DNA of 59,991 nucleotides, filler included, from Circinaria calcarea (Eukaryota), in NCBI GenBank assembly GCA_051942165.1. It is 11 parts of 11 records of this genome, joined end to end, with 100 filler letters (N's around TTAATTAATTAA, not from the genome) between each part and the next. Parts side by side here need not be neighbours in the genome. Positions count along the whole stretch, not along the records: positions 49,184 to 54,538 come from JAVECS010001931.1; positions 54,639 to 59,991 come from JAVECS010001932.1; 9 more parts are not named here. One strand, given 5' to 3'. Position 1 is the stretch's first letter. Each line of letters opens with the position of its first letter. Both the position numbers and the translations under genes were made by a program. The notes beneath the pieces were generated by a model. The model made no database searches. It saw nothing but the letters and a program-made list of their open reading frames with translations, and was not told the origin of the DNA. Below, one piece after another: positions 51,744 to 59,991 of the stretch.

Positions 51744-53876
51744 CTACAACTTCGCTTTCGGTCCTTCGATACCAGGTAGGAGTAAATCACGGATATCCCC
51801 CGCCGCCTCGTTGAGGTAGAAACTCATGCGCTCGCTACCGAGACCTTTGCTGACGATGTTGAATTGGATGCTACAATTGTCATGCCGAAAGTCAGTGACC
51901 ACGGGTTCGGAAACGCAATCTAGTGAGAAATTCTAAACTGGATAGGAGGGGAGGGAAGGAGCTTACTTATTCTCATTAATCATATACGCAATGCCAAACC
52001 CATCGTCTACAACCTGACTCCAACCGTATCCGTTGAAATACTCACTACTCAACTGGCTGGTGCTAAGGAACCAGGTACTGCTGTACCCATACGTCTTATC
52101 TTTATACAGCGCCGGTAATTCCTCACCCTCTTGCAGGCACTTTTTCAGACCGAATAGATGTCGATCGACGCCTTTTCCATCGCTCGCATCGCTAATATAA
52201 TTGACGTGAGCATCCACTGCCGCCCGGAAGGCTTTGACGCAAGCCTCCGGCGGGATCTCCGGGTCGGCCATGGCATTACAGAATGCTACACTCTCATCAC
52301 TGACACTTCGACAGGTTTCCGTGCGGCCTTGTTGGAACCGACGCGTGGCGGCTGATTCGTATGTCGGACGATTCATGCCATACATTTTGTGGTATGCTAA
52401 CTGAATGATCATTTGCACATATGCGTCCGGTGACGCTTTGAATTTTTTAATCAGTCCTTTACCATAACCCTGATAGGCCTGTACCCGTAGCTCGTGCTGG
52501 CCAATGACGTTTTCAAAGTCCGTTGCAGCGCGTTGTATTTCTGCCTTGACCTTATCATTTACGTGGAATTTCAGAGGTAATGGTTCTGGGAGATCCGAAC
52601 GAATGGAAGGGTCATTGAAGTCGAGCTTATTAGTGAAAATAAGCATGTTCGCATAATCATTGAGTCGGTGCGTAGGTGTTCCGTCCATCATGCTGTGCTC
52701 GCCCATGAAACCGGATGTACCGTTATCATTGACGATAAACTGGAGAGGTTTGTCGAACCAACGATTACTACCATCCCCGTGCCAATATTGATGGGCTCGT
52801 TCCTCGAGAGTTACCGGGGAAGCGTCGTCCAAGCAGACTAGGAATGCAGAAGACTCGATAGCTTGTAGAGCCGTGGCATTGGAGGCGTGGGCAGAGAGAA
52901 GTGCGGAGCGAGCTTCTGTCCAAACGTCACGATTCTCTGTCGTAAGTATTCCAACAGCAGGAGCTTTTTCGGCTCTCTCGTAAACACGCCGGAATTGCTG
53001 TTCTAGCTCCGAGGTATTCAGCTGCCTGCCGGCCACTTCGTGCATAACTTTGAAGAACTGATTCTTGCGGACAACTATAATGTGCTTGTACTCCTTTGGA
53101 TCGTACTTGACTGGATAATCGGCGGGTTTGGCAGGTATACGGCATGCGTTGAACATCCACTGGTACGCTTCCATACTTATGGGTAATCGCTTCATGTACT
53201 CGGGTTCGAGGGTACCACCGTCTACCTGTTTCTTAAATTCCAGGACGGCCGTCGTCAAAGCTGCTGCCCGCTTTGCAGGATTTCTCCGCCTTCGATCATC
53301 CCGGTGCGAGTAGAAATAGCTGACATAGGGCACAACGGGATCTCGATAGCTAAGGTATGCTGCATCGTTCCACCACTCGTATAGCCAGTTCTTATGCTTC
53401 GGGTCGTCTCGTCGAGCTTGCAGTCTCTTCTGGAGCTTCTCTCCGATACTACCGGGCTTCACAAATTCTTCAACTGCCTTCTCAGTCGTTTCGTACTCGG
53501 ATTTATTGAGGAGGGGGTGAACGGATTTCAGGTAGCGCTTAAACGTTTCTTCGAGAGTGGGAACAGGCAGTCGGGGAAGGGAGTCCTCAAACCGTAGCAT
53601 GGGCCCTTTTGAGGTGTCTTCTCGATAGCCTGCAAGAGCATGCGTTAGTGAGTCTTGGCTAGATGCTGGAAGTTGGTTTGGTACCTTCTGGTAAGGAGGA
53701 ATTGTTTCTTCGGGCGGCGGTAGGTGCCATTACGAAAACCTGGGCGCGCTCGTTGTGAGTTTATTGAGCCTCATCTGATCCAGCGCAGCGAGTACCTTTG
53801 ATGTATTCCACAATAGCGACTTGGTCCGAATTAAGGATGATAGTGCCCGGTTTCTTCCTAGAGCGTGGTGCAACAT
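51744..53876 (-). CDS. CAT2: Carnitine O-acetyltransferase, mitochondrial/peroxisomal type, 4 exons
   Basis: SLPRLPVPTLEET, NRWFDK, GEHSMMDGTP, YESAATRRFQQGRTET, GVDRHL, STSQL. Exon 1 (53876-53796) encodes a presequence; second ATG at 53730; C-terminal AKL. Confidence 0.95.
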
Positions 53877-54353
53877 CCCAAGAGCGGATCTCAGGGAAAG
53901 AGGGTATTAGTAGGTCAAACCTTGGGAGACGAGGAAGGCTAACGGGTGAAAGAAGTCCCTGGATGATGCCGATTTTCACAAGATGGATGCGGAGATACTT
54001 GTCTGACATGATAATACAAACATTCCGTACTGACTTCATGCCTCGGCACGTATCGAAGTTGAAATAAACGTTTAGCTTACCGCACTCGTATGTTATGAAC
54101 GCACCCTTCATAATTTGAGCCAACAAAAGGGTCCAAACGCCGTCACAAAATCGAGGATACGTACGGGCCATTGTTAACATATCCTTGTTAACCCTTCTAG
54201 GATTAGTGGTTCGCAGCGGCGTGTAGGCCTAAGTCTAGGCTTGTAACTTTATACTTCAGGCTGCTTGTGATATTTGCGGGTTTACCTTAGTACCGCGGTT
54301 TTTTCCAGGTCTTGTGTAGAAACCCGGACCCATGACTTGAACTCATACACATC

Positions 54354-54538
54354 ATGTCCTGCAAGCGGACCCTTTTACCGATAGCCATCCGGATCGCAAG
54401 ATCACCGAGGCATCTATCTCGCCCTCTCGTCCCATCTCCATTACGCATCGAGCAGCGCTCTTACCCCTCCACTCAGACAATACCTCGGCGCTACAGCTCC
54501 CAGCCCACCCACCAATTGCCCACGACAAAGTCCTACAC
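54354..54538 (+). CDS. 5' fragment of a probable mitochondrial protein, truncated
   Basis: MSCKRTLLPIAIRIARSPRHLSRPL...RRYSS is Arg/Ser-rich and acid-poor, like a presequence. Divergent from CAT2 and runs into the gap. Confidence 0.5.
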
Positions 54539-54638
54539 NNNNNNNNNNNNNNNNNNNNNNNNNNNNNNNNNNNNNNNNNNNNTTAATTAATTAANNNNNN
54601 NNNNNNNNNNNNNNNNNNNNNNNNNNNNNNNNNNNNNN

Positions 54639-55074
54639 GCGCAGAGACACGCCGGCCGCGAATATTTACGGGTATGCAATCCTCTTGGGCCTGGGGATGA
54701 CGACCACTCAGGCAGGATATGCGGTAGGGCCCCTCCTGGTGAAGCCAGACCGGGTCGCCGAGGTCATCCAATTCTTGAACATATCTCAGGGCCAAAGCCA
54801 GCTCATCGGCCTGACCATCGCCAGTGCCATCTTCCAAAGCATGACCTTCTCAGGCTTGAAAATCGTCTTGGCTGGAACAGGATATCCGGACAGCGAAATC
54901 CAAGCCGCTATCGCCGGCGCCAGGAGCACGGTGCTCCAAACGACATTTCCGGAGCTCCGCGCCCAATGCATCGATGTCATTGTTCGGAGTATCGATAGTG
55001 TATGGGTATTAGTCATCGCTGCTGGTGCCTTATATACTCTCTGCTCCTGTTTCTTGACACGCAAACGGTTTTGA
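54639..55074 (+). CDS. 3' fragment of a DHA2-type MFS efflux transporter
   Basis: NIYGYAILLGLG...QFLNISQGQSQLIGLTIASAIFQ...IQAAIAG...VWVLVIAAGAL. Confidence 0.8.
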
Positions 55075-56203
55075 GGTCGAAGATGGTTCGGGATGACTAG
55101 TGACGGGAGTCGCCACAGCAGACGTAGAGTAAAAAAGATGAAAGCAGAGACAATTTAGGTATTTTGGAAGGGGTTGCTTGGCTTTTTATGCATGTACTGA
55201 TAGACTGCTACACGCGCTGCATAGCGAGCATCTTGTTTATTTTTCTCAAAATTGGCAGCTTTGATTTATGGACTACCGTATTCTGAGATACCCGGAAAAC
55301 AGAACGGTTTCGTAACTTTGGTACTGCCAGCTTTTCCTCTACCTGGACCTACTTTAAGTCCACCATGCTCTGCATTTCGATTCATCGTCCTCTTACCCTC
55401 TCCCTCGCTCCAACGCCACACATCCGCTCCAGCCATCCAGCCGCCTGCGGGATGCAAAACCGCATACGCCACACGCACGCTCTATTCTATGCAACAGCGA
55501 GCTACACCAATTTTCCCCTTCTAGCCCGAGCTGCGCTTACATATTTAGTCTGTGCATACCAACCCAGGTCTCAAGGCAAAATTGCTACGGCCTACAGTCA
55601 AAGGATGTTGGAGATGCCATCCCTGCGAAATGATGCAGTATGTACGATTGGCCACTTGATAGAAGAAGGGTTGTATAGCTGGATACGGATCTTTAATTGA
55701 TTATGGCATTGTGCAAATGGCTTTCAATTGAATCTGCTATCGAGGGCTCCGAGCTGGGGACAAAGTGGACTAGGAGGATGGGGCCTACGAGTTTCATAGG
55801 CGGATCGGAGATTGGGATTTTGCGGCCCGGTTTTTGCGGTGGCTTATCAACTCCGGACCGGTTAAAATTTCTTTTTAGAACGAGGACTTGCGAGGGAAGC
55901 CACGGTCAGTTCTAGCATCGATGGGTTAACTCAAACATTAGATTGATAGTGCTAGTAATAAGTATCTCTGCATGTTTCTATTATGTTGTAATCTGGAAAG
56001 GTTAAGACGGACATAACGGTGTTATCGGCGTTTGGCCCAATGCTTCACTAAATTAGTTAGGGTATCACAACTCCGGCTCCGCGAATGCACTCCGGTACTC
56101 CTTGGGGATATTGCGGAGACGGGCTGATAGTCCAGCGCAAAGGCATATATGTAGGTGCCCCTCAGCAGTCATGTCCCATCTACAAGCGATAACAGAGACA
56201 GAG

Positions 56204-57650
56204 ATGAGCTTACCGAAGACTTACAAGCAGGCCGTGTTCAAGGAGGCGGGGGCTCCCCTAACAGTGGAAGAAGCGGAGTTAACCCCACCTAGTAAAGGAG
56301 AGGTGCTAGTCAAGGTCGAGGCATGCGGCGTGTGTTTTTCGGACATGTTTGCGCAACATAACATGATGGGAGGCGGCTTGTAGGTGTTTTCTGCTCCCAA
56401 ACTTATGTATAGCATGGGCATTGGGGCTGGTCCATGTTGCCGTCAAAGAGTTGATGGCATTGTTGCTATGACAATCCCATGGGATTAGCCGACAACGGCA
56501 GAGCTAATCGATTTTGGTAATCTAGTCCCATTGTCCCAGGCCATGAAATCATTGGACATGTCGCTGCTGTCGGCGACGACGTGGCAGTGTGGAAGGTTGG
56601 CGATCGAATTGGTGGAGCATGGCACGGAGGTCACGATGGTGGGTTCCATAGGCGTCGCTAGTCCATGATGAAGAGAGTTTGACATGACTGATCCTTTCTA
56701 TCCGAGGCAGGTACCTGCAAGGCATGCAAAAAGGGCTTCTTCCAGATGTGTGACAATGGAGTGGTTAATGGGGAAACGAAAGGTGGTGGATGTAAGTGCT
56801 CCTTGAACTGTCTATTGAGGAGACCAACATGAACACTAGATGCCGAATACTGCAAGCTGCGCACCGAAGCCGCGGTTCGGATTCCTACCCACGTTGACGC
56901 CGCAAAGTACGCACCCATTCTCTGCGCCGGCGTGACTGTCTTCAACTCAATGCGCCGAATGAACATTCCGCCAGGAGCAACCGTTGGTGTTCAAGGGCTT
57001 GGTGGTCTCGGACATCTAGCAATTCAATATGCCAACAAGTTTGGATACCGCGTTGTTGCGCTGTCTCGTAACTCTCAGAAAGAAAAGTTTGCAAGGGAGT
57101 TGGGTGCACATGAGTACATTGACGCGAGCAAGGGCGATACAGGGGAGGCATTGCAAAAGCTAGGAGGGGCATCGCTGATCGTTGCCACGGCCCCAAGTGC
57201 AGAGGTCATGACGCCGTTACTGAAGGGACTTGGTATGCTGGGAAAGTTACTGATCCTATCAGGTAAGTTTGCCGTCGTTAAGTCAATGCTTCAGAAAGTG
57301 GTCCTGATATGGTGCTATAGTTCCTGGTGATGTAACAATAAACACTGGTATTATGGTAAGGCGAGATTGCTAACAGATCGAGGGCAAAGCACAGCTGATT
57401 ATTTGGCAGATCCGCTATGGACTTTCGGTCCAATCTTGGCCCAGCGGCCACGCCACTGACTCGGAGGAGGCAATCGCATTCACCGAGATGGAGAATATTG
57501 ACTGCATGGTTGAAAAATTCCCATTGAGGAAGGCCAACGATGCTTTCGGTAATATTCTTGGACCATGAGTACTTTCGTCACTAATTTTGGCTCACAGATG
57601 CAATGATAAAGGGGACTGTCCGGTTTAGAGCCGTGATCACAATGGAATAG
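56204..57650 (+). CDS. Zinc-dependent (medium-chain) alcohol dehydrogenase, multi-exon
   Basis: VEACGVCFSD, VPGHE, GGHDGTCKACKKGFFQMC, APILCAGVTVFN, QGLGGLGHLA, VRFRAVITME*. Confidence 0.94.
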
Positions 57651-58746
57651 ATTGCAGGAATAGGGGATAGAGAAGGCGAGAGGCAACAGGCTAGCAGTAT
57701 TCCTCCAGTACCCGCAGTGGGTTGTGGCAGTCTTCTTCCCATAGTGTTGAATAAAGAGAAGTCAAGGAATCAAGCCAACTCGAGTAGATAGCTTAGGTTA
57801 CTCTCATATCATAAAGAATGTTTCCACCATTTATCAGTGAAAGCGCGAAAGGCTCCAGGCGGGCAAGGCTTCCAATAGTGCAGCCGGTGCAGTGCAGAGC
57901 ACTGCACGGCCGCACTGCCAAGGCTTCATAGAAAATAGCGTAGTGGACTCCAAGCGAACAGATATACTGTAAAGAATGATGCCCCCTCTTGCTACTGTGA
58001 AGACTGTGCCGTAACACGTATATTCCAACCCATACCCATTCCAATCCACCCCACAGTACCTTTGTAGTCGTAATCCATCTCTTCTATGGTCTATAAGACC
58101 TCTCCCATAGCCCAATGCGCGGAGGTAGTGTTCGAATGGTATAGAAAGGCGGAGGCTGATGTACAAAGGCAAATGGTAAAAGGAATAAAGAAATTCATTC
58201 CGCTTAAACCTTAGTGTATAGCTGGGGGATTAATACGGAGCTAAAATTGTAATTAATTATCACGACCTTTTTAGGTGTGGTGTTTCTATAAATTACCCTT
58301 TGTATCGCTGTGATGTACCTAATTCGGCCTAGCTTCAGGGTCTAAGAATATTAGAATTTTGGAATTTCCCACCATAAATCCTCACCTAATAGATTAGTAC
58401 GCACTGGCAGTGCAGTTAGGGGGTTTTGTTTTTTTTTGTTATGCTCGGAGGCTGTTAGGTAGGCCCGGAATAACAGTGCTCCCAGCCAATCAATACCTCG
58501 TCTGCAAGGCCCCCCCTTGGCCTGGTTTACACAGCTCCATTGTACATCCACAACGGAGCTATGTTGTACTAGTAGACCTAGTGTGGCCAATACGAGAACA
58601 CAGTTTTTACCAGCCTACCCTCCGTGCTTTACAGTATCAGGCTTAGCTTATCGGCGCCGTACTCCCGAGTATAACAGATTTCTAACAGAAAAAAACAAAA
58701 ACCCCCAAGTAATTCGCCGAGATCCTAGCGAAAGTTTATACAAGCA

Positions 58747-58969
58747 GTACCATGCCTTTACAGCTCGGGTCAACCCTAGAGTTGATTGGAAGAACTCCTG
58801 ACTGGTTGGAGCATACTTCCTTGCCTATTGGAACCTGCAAGGTCTAAGCCACGGGTCGACCCGAGCTGTTAAGGCACGGTACTTTTGCAGCTTCCAATAG
58901 GCAAGGAGCTATATTCCAGCAAATTGGATTTATCCCGATCAATGCTAGGATAGGGTCGACCCGAGCTGT
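58747..58969. repeat. Nested inverted repeats (foldback/MITE-like relic)
   Basis: 58747-58776 vs reverse complement of 58853-58882: 27/30 identical. 58817-58840 vs reverse complement of 58885-58908: 22/24. Looser arms extend 58760-58840 against 58885-58969. Confidence 0.85.
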
Positions 58970-59741
58970 CGAGGATCTAATACTATAGCATACGGAAATC
59001 ACGGTAAACGTTCTGATTACTTTGCTCCAACGGTTGGCGTTTTATTAATATATCCATACCATGTCATCATTTGCCTGCTAACTGACGTGTTGACCTTGCT
59101 ATGCTTAACACGGAATTTATATACTTAAAACAATCCGTAATGTGATTTCTTCAAACCCCCAGGTATACCCCCAGGAATCTCAACCACAACGGTATAAAAA
59201 TAAGGTAAAGCAGAGGCCTACTACAAGCGCATAACCCGGAGTATATTTACGATTTCCCGGAAATACCCTGAGACTTTTTTGAAGGGTTTAACTTCGGCGT
59301 AAGATTTCCCGAACCGAACCAAAATTTTGCGGTGTTCTCACTCTGGCCGTGAAAATTACCTTATTAGGTATAGCCTATCGCTAGATTTGGCCTAGTTTTT
59401 CGCTCGAATAGGAAAAAAGTTTACCATATTCAGCGTAGTGTACTTATTAGGGTCACCATGCTTTATGTTATTGGTAAAACGCGCGCGAGCGTGCAAGTCC
59501 CTGAAACGAATTATAAATTAATGTTGCATAGAATGGAGCAGCAGGCGTCGTATAAAAAGTATTGTATTTAGCATGACTCTGGGCTTAATATTAGGTGTAG
59601 CATGGGGCGTGGTATAGGCATATACTTAGAGTGGGGCATGGTGTATGGCATGCTGTATTGGATGGACCAGAGTATACTATGTAGTGTGGAGTATGGCATA
59701 GGCTGCTGGTTAATCCATGGCGTAGGGCGTGGCATGGAGCA

Positions 59742-59843
59742 TACTTTCGTCACTAGTTTTGGCTCACAGACGCAATGATAAAGGGGACTGTCCGGTTTAG
59801 AGCCGTGATCACAATGGAATAGATTGCAGGAATAGGGGATAGA
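59742..59843 (+). repeat. 102-bp direct duplicate of the ADH last intron end, last exon and proximal 3' UTR (original 57570-57671)
   Basis: Identical except two transitions (ctaat/ctagt and gatgc/gacgc). Copies are 2172 bp apart. Confidence 0.96.
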
Positions 59844-59991
59844 ATCTGTGGGTTTCTTCTCTGTCACTGGTTCCGTGCTGCATATATCTTCGTTGAATTG
59901 CTTTCTGCATTTTACTGGTCAGCAAATCATCGGAGGCTTTTCATTCCACGTACTTGACTTCTGGCATACCACCATGGCTCAAGCCTTGAAG

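Noticed and set aside
53730..53774. uORF MRLNKLTTSAPRFS* overlapping the CAT2 ATG as TAATG (stop-start coupling)
   Set aside because: Its ATG lies inside the predicted 56-nt intron. The spliced upstream exon explains the region better.
13150..53876. Apparent fatty-acid beta-oxidation cluster (ECH1, acyl-CoA dehydrogenase, CAT2)
   Set aside because: The genes lie on three unlinked contigs.
5373..54638. Regularly spaced TTAATTAATTAA motif every ~5.46 kb
   Set aside because: Artificial six-frame-stop linker inside N runs. The regular spacing reflects size-sorted contigs, not biology.
1..59991. tRNA, rRNA, snRNA, CRISPR arrays or intact transposases
   Set aside because: None recognised by eye. 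A covariance-model search (tRNAscan-SE, Rfam) would be needed to exclude small ncRNAs.

Overview
Eukaryotic DNA from a filamentous ascomycete (Pezizomycotina; a lichen-forming Lecanoromycete is a guess only), with short GT-AG introns and CTAAC/CTGAC-type branch sites. The window is not one locus. It holds 11 unrelated contigs of steadily decreasing length (5372 to 5353 bp) joined by ten identical artificial 100-bp spacers (N44-TTAATTAATTAA-N44), so gene neighbourhood is meaningful only within a contig. Intact genes: UBA4, SLX9-like, a Kv-beta-type aldo-keto reductase, an ECH1-like isomerase, TFB5, a GH128 glucanase, an APH/AIM9-like kinase, MFS transporters, SEC1, a secreted HEXXH zincin, a cytochrome b5-acyl-CoA dehydrogenase, MED8, carnitine acetyltransferase and a Zn-dependent ADH. 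The more unusual content is accessory or decaying DNA: (1) a DUF3435-type tyrosine recombinase fragment next to a HeLo-like/32-aa-repeat/Cys-motif/ankyrin gene with one premature stop; (2) a SNF2-family ATPase relic broken by transition-type stops; (3) a PTH11-like GPCR pseudogene; (4) a 102-bp duplication of the ADH 3' end flanking a ~2.07-kb insert that contains a nested foldback. Family assignments are from motif recognition by eye, not database searches. I found no convincing complete novel system; the best leads are in contigs 2, 6 and 11.
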